DNA from: Myxococcota bacterium
GTDB taxonomy: Bacteria; Myxococcota; UBA4151
Direction: 5' to 3'
Length of the DNA stretch: 27,123 nucleotides
Assembly: GCA_036338695.1 (NCBI GenBank)
Contig: JAYZBQ010000002.1
Coordinates: 1-27,123, forward strand
Both the position numbers and the translations under genes were made by a program. Shown here piece after piece: positions 8,403-17,357 of the stretch (positions are counted from its first letter, which is position 1; each line of letters begins with the position of its first letter). Under the pieces are notes generated by a model, which searched no databases, had not been told where the DNA came from, and was given only the letters and a program-made list of their open reading frames with translations.

Positions 8403-9494
8403 ATGCGTGCAACACTGATTCTAGCCGACGGTCGTGAGTACGAAGGTCAGGGCTTTGGCGCTGAGGGCGTGAGCTACGGTGAGCTCGTCTTCAACACCGC
8501 CATGACGGGCTATCAGGAGGTCCTGACGGACCCCTCGTACAAGCGGCAACTGGTCACCCTGACTGCGCCTGAGGTCGGCAACTATGGCTGCAACGCAGAC
8601 GATGATGAGAGCGCTCAGGTTCAAGTGGCAGGGCTTGTGATCCGCAACCTCTCGCCGGTCGTGAGCAACCACCGAGCCGTCGAGTCACTCGATGCTTATC
8701 TTCGCCGGCACAAAACCGCTGGCATCTACGGGGTCGACACCCGCGCCATTACGCGCTCGCTGCGCGACCGAGGGCACGTGATGGCGGCGCTCATCCACGG
8801 CGATGCGGACCGCGACGCCGTGCGCGCGCAGCTGGCCACGGAGCCGGGTATGGAGGGCGCTGACCTCGCCAAAGAGGTGACGGCTGAGGCGCCTTATCGC
8901 TGGCGTCAAGGCACGGACGGCGGAGAGCATGACGGGCGCTTCGCGGTCGTCGCCGTTGATTTTGGCGTCAAGCGCAACATCCTGCGCCTGCTCGTCGACG
9001 CCGGGTGTCGAGTCACGGTCGTCCCGGCGCACACGAGCGCTGAAGCCATTCGTGCGCTCAAGCCTCAGGGGGTGTTCCTCTCCAACGGTCCTGGGGACCC
9101 TGCCGCCGTGACCTACGGCGCCGCCTTGGCCAAGGAGCTGATGGGCACCGTGCCGATGTTTGGGATCTGCTTGGGGCATCAGCTGATGGCGTTGGCGCAG
9201 GGCGCCCGAACCTTCAAGATGAAGTTCGGTCACCGGGGCGCGAACCACCCGGTGCGCCATCACGCCAGCGGTCGCATTGAAATCACAAGCCAAAATCACG
9301 GCTTCGCCGTCGCCAAAGAGGGGCTGCCGGACCACCTTGAGGTCACGCATAGCCACCTCAACGACGACACCATCAGCGGCCTGAACTACGCAGGTTTGAA
9401 CGCGTTTTCGGTGCAGTACCACCCGGAGGCGGCGCCCGGTCCGCACGACTCACGTTATTTGTTTGAGCAGTTCACCGAGTCGATGAAGGGATGA
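8403..9494 (+). CDS. carA: Carbamoyl-phosphate synthase small (glutaminase) subunit
   Basis: GELVFNTAMTGYQEVLTDPSY, GVDTRAITR, DFGVKRNILR, LSNGPGDP, FGICLGHQL (catalytic Cys), FGHRGANHPV, SQNHGFAV, SVQYHPEAAPGPHD. Confidence 0.97.
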   Translation: MRATLILADGREYEGQGFGAEGVSYGELVFNTAMTGYQEVLTDPSYKRQLVTLTAPEVGNYGCNADDDESAQVQVAGLVIRNLSPVVSNHRAVESLDAYLRRHKTAGIYGVDTRAITRSLRDRGHVMAALIHGDADRDAVRAQLATEPGMEGADLAKEVTAEAPYRWRQGTDGGEHDGRFAVVAVDFGVKRNILRLLVDAGCRVTVVPAHTSAEAIRALKPQGVFLSNGPGDPAAVTYGAALAKELMGTVPMFGICLGHQLMALAQGARTFKMKFGHRGANHPVRHHASGRIEITSQNHGFAVAKEGLPDHLEVTHSHLNDDTISGLNYAGLNAFSVQYHPEAAPGPHDSRYLFEQFTESMKG

Positions 9495-10354
9495 GCTTCC
9501 CCGAGGAGGCGCTGCGTCTCCGCCTGAGCGAGGCGCTAGGGCGTGAGCTGCTCGGTGAGTCGACGCACGAGCTGCATCGGGCCATGACCCACGCGCTGCT
9601 CGCGGGCGGCAAGCGCCTGCGCCCGATGCTCACCTGTCTGTGGGGGCAGCGCTACGGAGCGCACGAGGACGACCTGATCCAAGCAGGCTTGGCGGTGGAG
9701 TGGGTGCATACCTACAGCCTGGTGCACGACGACCTGCCCTGTATGGACGACGATGACCTGCGGCGCGGTCAGCCGACCGTGCATAAGGTCTTCGGTGAGG
9801 CGATGGGCGTGTTGTGCGGTGACGCTCTGCTCACCGACGCCTTCGCAAAACTCGCGGCGCTCGAGCACACCTCTGCAGAGCGCCGGCTCGCAGCGATTGC
9901 GCGGCTCGCACGCGGCGCCGGCTCGCAGGGGATGGTTTTGGGTCAGGTCGAGGACCTCGCCGCCACGGCGCGCACCACCGAGCAGGTGCTCGAGGTGCAC
10001 TCCAAGAAAACCGGGTGTCTGCTGTGCGCCGCGAGCGCAGTCGGCGCGCTGCTCGGCGGTGCACCACCGGACGAGTTGGCTCGAGTCGAGCGTTTTAGCA
10101 GCCATCTTGCGGTGGCCTTCCAAGCCCTTGACGACCTGCTCGATGCGACCGGTTCGACCGAGGCGCTTGGTAAGCCGGTCGGCTCGGACGAAGCGCGCGA
10201 CCTGCCGACGCTGGTCGGGTTGCTCGGACCGGTTGGGTGCCGAGCGCTGATCGAGGATGAGACGAACAAGGCGCTTGCGCTGCTGGACCTTGAGCAGCCG
10301 GACGAGGCGCGTCTGGCGGCGCTGACGGCTTGGTTGATGCGGCGAGATCACTAA
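9491..10354 (+). CDS. ispA: Short-chain trans-polyprenyl diphosphate synthase (farnesyl-diphosphate synthase family)
   Basis: GGKRLRP, HTYSLVHDDLPCMDDDDLRRG (first Asp-rich motif), GDALL, GMVLGQ, KKTG, FQALDDLLD (second Asp-rich motif), LGKPVGSD. ATGA overlap with the carA stop. Confidence 0.88.
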   Translation: MSFPEEALRLRLSEALGRELLGESTHELHRAMTHALLAGGKRLRPMLTCLWGQRYGAHEDDLIQAGLAVEWVHTYSLVHDDLPCMDDDDLRRGQPTVHKVFGEAMGVLCGDALLTDAFAKLAALEHTSAERRLAAIARLARGAGSQGMVLGQVEDLAATARTTEQVLEVHSKKTGCLLCAASAVGALLGGAPPDELARVERFSSHLAVAFQALDDLLDATGSTEALGKPVGSDEARDLPTLVGLLGPVGCRALIEDETNKALALLDLEQPDEARLAALTAWLMRRDH

Positions 10355-10355
10355 C

Positions 10356-12302
10356 GTGCTGCTCGCTGCTTTGCTCATGGCCTCGCCGGCGAGCGTCACG
10401 GTCCAAGGCGCCGACCCGGTCCTGACGCGTCGGCTTGAGACCCTTTTGTTACCCTTATGGCGGCGGACGCTCGACCCCGAGCGAGTCGCCAAACGCGTCC
10501 AAGCGGTCTACCTGCGAAGCGGTCGGTTTTTGAGCACGGTGCGCCATGAGGTGCGCGGCGAGGCGCTCACCTTGTCGGTTGATCCCGGACGCCAAGCGCG
10601 CGTGGTCTCTGTGCGCTTCTTGGGGAACGAGGTCCTGAGCGACGAGGCGCTGGCGCAGGCGATGTTTAATCGCGTGGACAGCGCCGGTGCCCGGCTTCAG
10701 GGGCTCGGTCGCTTCCTCCCCGAAGCGCTCGGCGATGACGTCACGGGGCTCAAGCAAGCCTATTACGCCAAAGGCTACATCTCAGCTCAGGTCGAGCCTC
10801 CGCAGGTCTTCGCAACACCCGACCTCGGTGGCGTGCGCCTCGAGGTCCGGATCAAGGAAGGCAAGCCCTACACCCTGACCCAACTCGAGGTGACGGGGCT
10901 GCCTGATGGGGTCGCCTTTGATTATCAGCCTGGGCAGGTTTTCTCCGTCCAGAGGATCCATAAGGCCGTGGAGAAGGTCCGACTGCATTACCTGCGCCGG
11001 GGTCATGCACGGGTCCAAGTACGTGAGCACTCGGCGATGAACGCCGCAGCCCACGGCGTCGACCTACGGCTCGCCTTTGAGCCAGGGCCTGTTTGCTTTA
11101 TCGAGTCAATCCAGTGGAAGGGCGTTGAGCGGGTTGATCAGGCGGTTCTCAGCCGGCTGATGAGGATTCAAGCCGGCGATCGCTATGACCACAGCTTGCT
11201 GCAAGAAGAGATCAACCGACTCAGGGCGCGCGGGCTGATCATGGGCGCTCAGATCGTCGCACAGCCTGGGCGCGCGGCGGATCGGGTCAAGGTCGTCCTG
11301 ATGGCGCAAGACGCGATCCAGCGCTGGTATCCGGCGTTTACCATGACCTACCTGCCGGGCGAGGGGGCGGTGCTGCTCCTCCAGCTTAGCTCGCCCAATT
11401 TGATGGGTAAGGGGATCCGCTTTCGCGGCTCGACCTGGCTGTCCGAGCAAAGGCGCTTATTCGATTTAAGCGTGGGCCTGCCGGCGGTGCTCAACCCGCT
11501 CGATACGCTCACGCTCGAGGTCCACAACCGCGACCAAAACAAGCCGCGGGCAGCGGCAAAGACTCAGGGCGCCTCGGTCAGCTATGGGCGCTCGCTCGAC
11601 CGCCGCCGTCGCTTCTCGGTGTTCGCCAGCCTGGGGGGTGACCGCGTCACGCTGACCTGCCGCGATGCGCAAGGGCTGGGTGACGACTGTCCCACCGAGC
11701 CCTTCCTCGCCATCAGCGGATCGCTCGGGCTGAGCTATGATGACCGCGACTCCGGGCTGCTGGGCACCCGTGGTCAGCGCCTGAGCTTGCGCCTCGACTG
11801 GGAGCCGATGACGCAAGCCTCCGGTTTTGCGGTATCCGCCCAGAGGCTTCAGCGACTCCCCTTCGGTCTACGCGGGCGGGTCAAGGTGGGGGCACAGCAG
11901 CTTTTGGAGCAGCCGATGGCGCATAAGGTGTTGTACGCAGGTGGGCCAGGGACCCTGCGCGGCTTTTACAGCTACGCCGTCTCGCCGGCGGATAGCCCGA
12001 GCTTTCCTGGTTTGCCGACCGGCGGGGACCGCATGCTGCACGGCTCGCTCGAGTTGGGGTATGGCTTGAACTCTGTTTTGGAACCCTTTGTATTCGCTGA
12101 TGCTGGCAACAGCTTTTCGGGCGTATGGTTCGACCAGCCAAGTAGCCTACGTCCCCTACGTATGGGGCTGGCTGCGTCCTGGGGTTTTGGCGTGTTGCTT
12201 CGCTTGCCGGTCCTTCCCTTTCGCTTTGAGTGGGGGCGCCCGATCACGCGCGGACCGGGCGACCCCGAGATGTTGTTTTCCCTCGGCGTCGGAACCAACT
12301 AG
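10356..12302 (+). CDS. Omp85 (BamA/TamA-like) outer-membrane protein with POTRA domains and beta-barrel
   Basis: POTRA-like segments (VRFLGN..LSD, YYAKGY, IKEGKPY, YLRRGH, FEPGP), PNLMGKG barrel start, YDDRDS, GGPGTLRGF (VRGF-like loop), FADAGN, WGFGV, PFRFEWG. GTG start is uncertain. Confidence 0.8.
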   Translation: MLLAALLMASPASVTVQGADPVLTRRLETLLLPLWRRTLDPERVAKRVQAVYLRSGRFLSTVRHEVRGEALTLSVDPGRQARVVSVRFLGNEVLSDEALAQAMFNRVDSAGARLQGLGRFLPEALGDDVTGLKQAYYAKGYISAQVEPPQVFATPDLGGVRLEVRIKEGKPYTLTQLEVTGLPDGVAFDYQPGQVFSVQRIHKAVEKVRLHYLRRGHARVQVREHSAMNAAAHGVDLRLAFEPGPVCFIESIQWKGVERVDQAVLSRLMRIQAGDRYDHSLLQEEINRLRARGLIMGAQIVAQPGRAADRVKVVLMAQDAIQRWYPAFTMTYLPGEGAVLLLQLSSPNLMGKGIRFRGSTWLSEQRRLFDLSVGLPAVLNPLDTLTLEVHNRDQNKPRAAAKTQGASVSYGRSLDRRRRFSVFASLGGDRVTLTCRDAQGLGDDCPTEPFLAISGSLGLSYDDRDSGLLGTRGQRLSLRLDWEPMTQASGFAVSAQRLQRLPFGLRGRVKVGAQQLLEQPMAHKVLYAGGPGTLRGFYSYAVSPADSPSFPGLPTGGDRMLHGSLELGYGLNSVLEPFVFADAGNSFSGVWFDQPSSLRPLRMGLAASWGFGVLLRLPVLPFRFEWGRPITRGPGDPEMLFSLGVGTN

Positions 12303-12311
12303 GGTCGCGCT

Positions 12312-13232
12312 ATGATCGACGTGCTGATGATCGTAGTGGCGGGGCTCTTCTTATGGAAGGGCGCCGACTGGTTTGTCGGTGGAGCCGCCAGCATCGCCAC
12401 CGGCTTTGGCGTCTCAGAGCTCGTCGTGGGCTTGACCATCGTGGCGATGGGGACGTCGGCGCCCGAGCTCGCCGTCTCGACCACCGCCGCGCTGCAAGGT
12501 GAAGGCGCCATTGCGCTCGGTAATGTGGTGGGCTCGAACGTCTTTAACTTGGGCGTCGTGCTCGGGATCTGCGCCTTATTGCAGACGCTTGAGCCCTCGT
12601 CGGAGGTCTGGCGGCGAGACGGACCCTTCCTCGTGGGCGGCGTCGCCGCGGTGTGGTGGTTCGTGCGCGACGGGACCCTCGAGCGGCTCGAGGCGGCGAC
12701 GCTCGTACTGGCGATGGCTGCTTATCTCGGGTGGTTGTTTACTCAAGGCAAGGTGCCGCCCGGTGACGCCGATGAGGCTGAGAGCGAGCCGCCCAGTGTC
12801 ACGACGTGGCTGCTGATGGCGGTGGGTTTGGTGATGATCCTCGTCGGCGGCAGGTTGCTGGTCGATGGCGCCTCGGCGCTGGCGCTGGCGTGGGGGATGA
12901 GCCCTTGGTTGATCTCGGTCACGATCGTCGCCGCCGGAACCTCGGCGCCGGAGCTGGTGACGTCGGTCACCGCCGCTCGTCAAGGGATGGCGGGCATGGC
13001 GCTGGGTGGCTTGGTCGGCAGCGACATCTTCAACACGCTGTTGGTGCTCGGCGTGGCGGGCGTCGCAGCGCCGCTGACCGAGCTAGGCGCTTTTCGTCCA
13101 TCGGTGGCGGTCATGGGTCTGACGATCCTAGCGACGGTGGTTCTGGTGGCGTGGCGGCGGCGGATCGGTAAAGTCGAAGGGGCGCTGCTCTTCGGCGCTG
13201 CGCTCGCACGCTGGATGATCGACGCCCTATAA
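12312..13232 (+). CDS. Calcium/sodium (CaCA family, YrbG-like) antiporter
   Basis: Two alpha repeats: TIVAMGTSAPEL...ALGNVVGSNVFN and TIVAAGTSAPEL...ALGGLVGSDIFN; highly hydrophobic with multiple predicted TM segments. Confidence 0.9.
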   Translation: MIDVLMIVVAGLFLWKGADWFVGGAASIATGFGVSELVVGLTIVAMGTSAPELAVSTTAALQGEGAIALGNVVGSNVFNLGVVLGICALLQTLEPSSEVWRRDGPFLVGGVAAVWWFVRDGTLERLEAATLVLAMAAYLGWLFTQGKVPPGDADEAESEPPSVTTWLLMAVGLVMILVGGRLLVDGASALALAWGMSPWLISVTIVAAGTSAPELVTSVTAARQGMAGMALGGLVGSDIFNTLLVLGVAGVAAPLTELGAFRPSVAVMGLTILATVVLVAWRRRIGKVEGALLFGAALARWMIDAL

Positions 13233-13315
13233 ACGTCTAAAAACACCGAAGCTGCGACTTGACCGGCGAGGAGCCTGATTGCTAGCGCAGCGCTGACCTT
13301 TGAAAGGAACGAACC

Positions 13316-13789
13316 ATGATCAAGAAATCTCTGAACGCTCTGCGCACGGCGCTGCCTGCACAAACCGCCGAGGCACACTGCGACGGCCCCTGCGGCGTCT
13401 ACGACCCCGCCTCCGTGCGCATCGCCGCCGAAGCCGCCGTCTCGATGACCAAAAAGATGCTGGCGCTGACGCCACCTGATGCCAGCAACTCGGAGGCGAT
13501 GGCCGCCTACCTCAACACCATGAGCCGTTATGCGGCGATCAAGGAAGAGCAAGCGCACCTCGCCAAGAGTGAGCTGCTCGTGCTGTGGACCGATTACTTC
13601 AAGCCGCCGCACCTTGAGGCGTACCCGAACCTTCACGAGACCTTCTGGAAAGCAGCGAAGCTGTGCTCGTCGGTCAAGGTGGAGGTGAGCGCACAGCACG
13701 CTGCCGAGCTGATGGAAGCGGTCGAAGAGATTCACAACATCTTCTGGGCCACCAAGGGCCGTGACATCACCTGGTACACCGCCAGCTAG
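13316..13789 (+). CDS. sodN: Nickel-containing superoxide dismutase precursor
   Basis: 20-aa leader followed by the Ni-hook HCDGPCGVYDP (His codon at 13376); LWTDYFK, FWATK; AAGGA RBS upstream. Confidence 0.96.
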   Translation: MIKKSLNALRTALPAQTAEAHCDGPCGVYDPASVRIAAEAAVSMTKKMLALTPPDASNSEAMAAYLNTMSRYAAIKEEQAHLAKSELLVLWTDYFKPPHLEAYPNLHETFWKAAKLCSSVKVEVSAQHAAELMEAVEEIHNIFWATKGRDITWYTAS

Positions 13790-14117
13790 TCCGCCTCAGG
13801 CTGGGCTCAGTGACTGGTTGCTGTGGGCGCTTCGGCGCCGGCAGCGAGTGCGGATCGACGGCGAGTCGATGCTGCCCGTCTTGAACCATCATGATGAAGT
13901 CCTTATCGACCCGCGCGCTGTCCCGGCCGCGGGCGATTTGGTTTTGGCGCAACACCCCTTCAAGCGCGACACTCGGATGATCAAGTGGCTCAAGGGCTGG
14001 GACGATCAAGGGCGGGCCATACTTGAGGGGTTGAACGCAACCGAGAGCACCGACTCTCGACATTTTGGCGCGGTCCCGACTGACCATCTGCTCGGATGCG
14101 TCACGGCGCGCTTTTAG
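13761..14117 (+). CDS. sodX: Nickel-SOD maturation protease (S26 signal-peptidase-like)
   Basis: RIDGESMLPVL (catalytic Ser), GDLVLAQHP, MIKWL (Lys), GLNATESTDSRHFG; directly downstream of sodN. Start is uncertain (GTG 13761 overlaps the sodN end). Confidence 0.88.
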   Translation: MTSPGTPPASPPQAGLSDWLLWALRRRQRVRIDGESMLPVLNHHDEVLIDPRAVPAAGDLVLAQHPFKRDTRMIKWLKGWDDQGRAILEGLNATESTDSRHFGAVPTDHLLGCVTARF

Positions 14118-14124
14118 GACAGCT

Positions 14125-14613
14125 ATGAACGAATCCTTGATGACCTGTGCGCAGGTGCTCGAGCGCTACACTGATGGTCCTAAAGAGGGCTTGTTCGCTG
14201 ACGGCTCAGCGCGCCCGAACCCCGGCCCTGGTGGGTGGGGGGTGGTGGCGGTCTACAACGACGAGATCGTGACGCAGCGTTACGGCGCAGACCCCGACAC
14301 CACGAACAATCGGATGGAGCTGCGCGCGCTGATCGAAGCCTACGCGCTGCTTGAGAACGACTCGACGGCGGTGATCTACACCGACAGCCAACTCTGCGTG
14401 AACACCATCACCCAGTGGGCGGCAGGTTGGAAGGCGCGCGGCTGGCGCAAGAAGTCAGGCCCCATCAAGAATCTGGAGCTGGTCAAAACGCTGTATGCTA
14501 CGGCGCAGGCGCACCCTCACGTGACGCTCAAGTGGATCAAGGCGCATCAAGGCAACCGCTGGAACGAGTACGCCGACGCGCTCGCCACAGCCTGGGCGCG
14601 CAGCGAGCTGTAG
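14125..14613 (+). CDS. rnhA: Ribonuclease HI
   Basis: ADGSARPNPGPGGWG, TTNNRMELRA, YTDSQ, WKARGW, IKNLEL, WIKAHQG, NEYADALA. ATG 14125 with AGGA upstream is preferred over the track start 14065. Confidence 0.93.
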   Translation: MNESLMTCAQVLERYTDGPKEGLFADGSARPNPGPGGWGVVAVYNDEIVTQRYGADPDTTNNRMELRALIEAYALLENDSTAVIYTDSQLCVNTITQWAAGWKARGWRKKSGPIKNLELVKTLYATAQAHPHVTLKWIKAHQGNRWNEYADALATAWARSEL

Positions 14614-14631
14614 AGCAGCGCTTTGGCGCGG

Positions 14632-15504
14632 CTAGCTGCCTGCCCTGAAGGTCCCGACGACGCAGGGTTTGCCCTTGCCGTCGAGCAGGCGCAGGTGCTG
14701 CCCGCTCTCGTCCTCGGCGAGCTCCAGGCTGAGCTTGGCTGGCAGCACCATGGGGCGGATAAAACGCACATCGATGGAGCCGACGGCGCCGCCCGTTTGG
14801 TCCGGCATCCTGTCTAGGCTGGCGGTGATCAGCGAGCCGGCGGCGAAACCGTGCAGAATCGGCGCGCGCATCCCCGCAGCCCAGGCGAAGGGCGGGAACC
14901 AGTGCAGCGGGTTGATGTCGCCGCTCAGGCAGCTGTAGACGGCGCCGCCGAAGCGCCCGGCGCGATAACTGTCGATGGCTCGCCAGGTCTTGGTGTCTTC
15001 AGGGCGCTCACTGCGCGGCGGCTTCGGCCCTTTGGGTTTGGGCAAGGGGACCACCGAGTAGACCTCGCAGACGACCGCCTCAGGTTGGCTGCTCGTCCCG
15101 GTGACCACGCGCGTGGCGAGGCGCGCCTTGCCGGGTGTCTCCTCAACCTGCGTCAGCTGCGCGCTGAGGTTGAGCGCCTGATCTGCGGGGAGCGCGGCAT
15201 TCCGGGTCATCGAGAAGCCTTGGTTGAGCACCTTGCTCATCGGATAGGGCGAGCCGGCGAGGGCCTGACCCAGCAACGGAAAGGCCCACTGCGGAAAGAA
15301 ATGATCGGGGAGCACGTCAGGGTCGCTTGCGTCCTGGCACCAGCGCTTGAAGGCCTGGATCAGCTTGGGGTGCCTTGGATGGATCGTCTCGCTCAGCACC
15401 GGACCCGGTGTGGCGAGGGTTTCGGACTTGCCGCTCAAGACGACGCTAAGGATGGCGCGGATGTTGGCGCCTTGGTGTCGAAGTGCCCAAAGTGGGATAG
15501 CCAT
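14632..15504 (-). CDS. MaoC/PhaJ-type double-hotdog (R)-specific enoyl-thioester hydratase (HtdX-like)
   Basis: Hydratase-2 motif YSCLSGDINPLH...PILHG, then DVRFIRPMVLP; 290 aa fits a double hotdog fold. Confidence 0.8.
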   Translation of the reverse strand: MAIPLWALRHQGANIRAILSVVLSGKSETLATPGPVLSETIHPRHPKLIQAFKRWCQDASDPDVLPDHFFPQWAFPLLGQALAGSPYPMSKVLNQGFSMTRNAALPADQALNLSAQLTQVEETPGKARLATRVVTGTSSQPEAVVCEVYSVVPLPKPKGPKPPRSERPEDTKTWRAIDSYRAGRFGGAVYSCLSGDINPLHWFPPFAWAAGMRAPILHGFAAGSLITASLDRMPDQTGGAVGSIDVRFIRPMVLPAKLSLELAEDESGQHLRLLDGKGKPCVVGTFRAGS

Positions 15505-15507
15505 AGG

Positions 15508-17352
15508 TTACGCCGCCGTGGTTTTGAGGGTGTTGAGTAAACGATCGCCCGTGGTCTGGATCTCATAGAGCATCGAGCGGCTTCGCGGGAGCGCCCGCTC
15601 CAGGTATCGGTCTAAAACCACGAGCCGCTCAGGGTGCTTTGCGCCTTGCTCAGCCAGAGCGTCGATGATCTGGACGTCGACCAAGATCTTCGCAAGCCGC
15701 TCAGCGTGGAGCATACCCGGTGCGAAGTCTTTCTTGGGGTCCCAGTTCGACAGGCTCCCGCTGCTCGAGAGCTTCGCCCAGGCGATGCGCCGGATCAGGT
15801 TGAGCATGGCGCGCTGACCTCTGCTGCGGACCTTGGCGATACGTCGGGCGCGCCCCAAGCCGAAGGTCGCTACGAGCGCGGTACCGAGCGTAGCTGCCAG
15901 GAATCCGATGGGCCTCTTAAACAACGGGAGCAGGTTGTCCTTCATCGCCATCAGGCACTGGATCTGGCTGGTGCCTTCGTAGATCGGGAGCACCAGGCTG
16001 TCGCGCAGGAGCTTCTCGGCTCCATACTCGCGCATGTAGCCGCTACCGCCGTGGATCTGGATGTTGCGCCGCGCCATCTCGACCGCCTTCTCGCTGGTGA
16101 CGTACTTGAGCAGGGGCGTGGCCTTGCGGCTCGCCCAGGTGCGGCGCTTCTGCTCGGCGTCGAAGCGGGCGCGACGGGGGTCGCTCTCGGGCAGCGCCTT
16201 ACAGGCGATCGCCGCACGCCGAGCAAGCTCTTCGTTATGCGCCGCCTTCACCGCCAGGGCACGCATCCCTAAGATGTCGCTCTCCATCTCGTCGAGCATC
16301 TCGGCGATCATCTCGTGCTGATCGATGGTCTTGCCCATGCTCGGGCGCTCAGCGGCATAGGCTTTTGCCATGCGGTACGCCGCCTCGCACAACCCGATGG
16401 ATTCAAAGCCAACCGAGATGCGGGCGTTGTTCATCAGCAGCAGCATCAGGCGAAAGCCCTCACCGCGCGTGCCGATGAGCTCGGCGGGTGATCGGTCAAA
16501 CGTGATACCGACCGTGGCGGAACCATGGTGTCCGAGCTTCTCGTCGACGCGCTCGAGCGTGCTATGGCGGACGCGGTTCCCGTCTTCATCCTCGCCAAAG
16601 GCGCGCACCAGAAACAGGGAGATCCCGTCCAAGCCGGGATGCGTCTCAGGGTCTTCGGAGCGTGCGATCACGACGTGGTAGCGCCCGTGACCCGAGGTGA
16701 TCCAGATCTTCGAGCCCGTCACAAACCAGTTGCCGTCCTCATCTTGCTCGGCGCGGCTGCGTAGGTTGGCGAGGTCGCTCCCTGCGTGCGGCTCGGTTAA
16801 GTCCATCGAGCCCCACTCCAAACCGTCGCGCATCCGCTCGATGTCCGCTCGCCAGCGTGTGCTGAGGATCTCACCGGTCTCGGGATCGATCTGCGTGGTG
16901 CCTTCATCGATCGACCAGAACAGGAGGCACAAGGCGATCCCGCTGTGAAAGCCAAAGTGCGACATCACGCTGACGTCGCCGCGCCCCATCAACTCGGCGT
17001 TGAGATAATAGAGCATGAGCGGGCAGTTCATCCCGCCGAGGTCGGTGGGGATCGAGAGCCCGTGAAGTCCAAGCTCCTGCGCTGACTCAAGGATTTGCGC
17101 CATACGTGGGGCGATCGGTACCTCACCGTCTACGACTCGCATCTCCTGGCTGTCGAGCTCGTCTGCGTAGGGTCCGATCTGCTCGCCCGAGAAGGTGCCG
17201 AGGAGCTCGAGGACCTCACGGTAGGACTCGATCATCTCTGTTTTGTTGGTGTCGGTGCGAGGGAACTCGACGGCGTCGATGAGCGGTGCCCAGTCGATGC
17301 CTTTGTCCACGTAATATTGCAGATCTGCGTTGTCGGTGAAGAAGTTCGCCAT
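15508..17352 (-). CDS. Acyl-CoA dehydrogenase (long form)
   Basis: SMDLTEPHAGSDL, GSKIWITSG, EKLGHHGSAT, MNNARISVG, IQIHGGSGY, PIYEGTSQIQ (catalytic Glu). Start at ATG 17352 (MANFFTDN), 5 nt after the tetR stop. Confidence 0.92.
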   Translation of the reverse strand: MANFFTDNADLQYYVDKGIDWAPLIDAVEFPRTDTNKTEMIESYREVLELLGTFSGEQIGPYADELDSQEMRVVDGEVPIAPRMAQILESAQELGLHGLSIPTDLGGMNCPLMLYYLNAELMGRGDVSVMSHFGFHSGIALCLLFWSIDEGTTQIDPETGEILSTRWRADIERMRDGLEWGSMDLTEPHAGSDLANLRSRAEQDEDGNWFVTGSKIWITSGHGRYHVVIARSEDPETHPGLDGISLFLVRAFGEDEDGNRVRHSTLERVDEKLGHHGSATVGITFDRSPAELIGTRGEGFRLMLLLMNNARISVGFESIGLCEAAYRMAKAYAAERPSMGKTIDQHEMIAEMLDEMESDILGMRALAVKAAHNEELARRAAIACKALPESDPRRARFDAEQKRRTWASRKATPLLKYVTSEKAVEMARRNIQIHGGSGYMREYGAEKLLRDSLVLPIYEGTSQIQCLMAMKDNLLPLFKRPIGFLAATLGTALVATFGLGRARRIAKVRSRGQRAMLNLIRRIAWAKLSSSGSLSNWDPKKDFAPGMLHAERLAKILVDVQIIDALAEQGAKHPERLVVLDRYLERALPRSRSMLYEIQTTGDRLLNTLKTTAA

Positions 17353-17357
17353 GGGAT

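Noticed and set aside
9491..10354. Prenyl synthase as part of an archaeal-type isoprenoid ether lipid pathway with the AGPS operon
   Set aside because: No GGGP or DGGGP synthase is present, unrelated genes separate the two, and AGPS chemistry uses fatty alcohols.
9536..10492. Long alternative-frame ORFs (318 aa here; also 8685-9446, 12980-13735, 19111-19962, 19133-19939)
   Set aside because: They overlap well-supported genes on the opposite strand, lack motifs, and are expected in GC-rich DNA.
13259..13288. Possible sigma70 promoter for sodN (TTGACC ... TAGCGC)
   Set aside because: The -10 match is poor and the spacing is 18 nt; not supportable from sequence alone.
14125..14613. RNase H as part of a retroelement or defence system
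   Set aside because: It is a standalone housekeeping-type RNase HI with no reverse transcriptase, integrase or ncRNA nearby.
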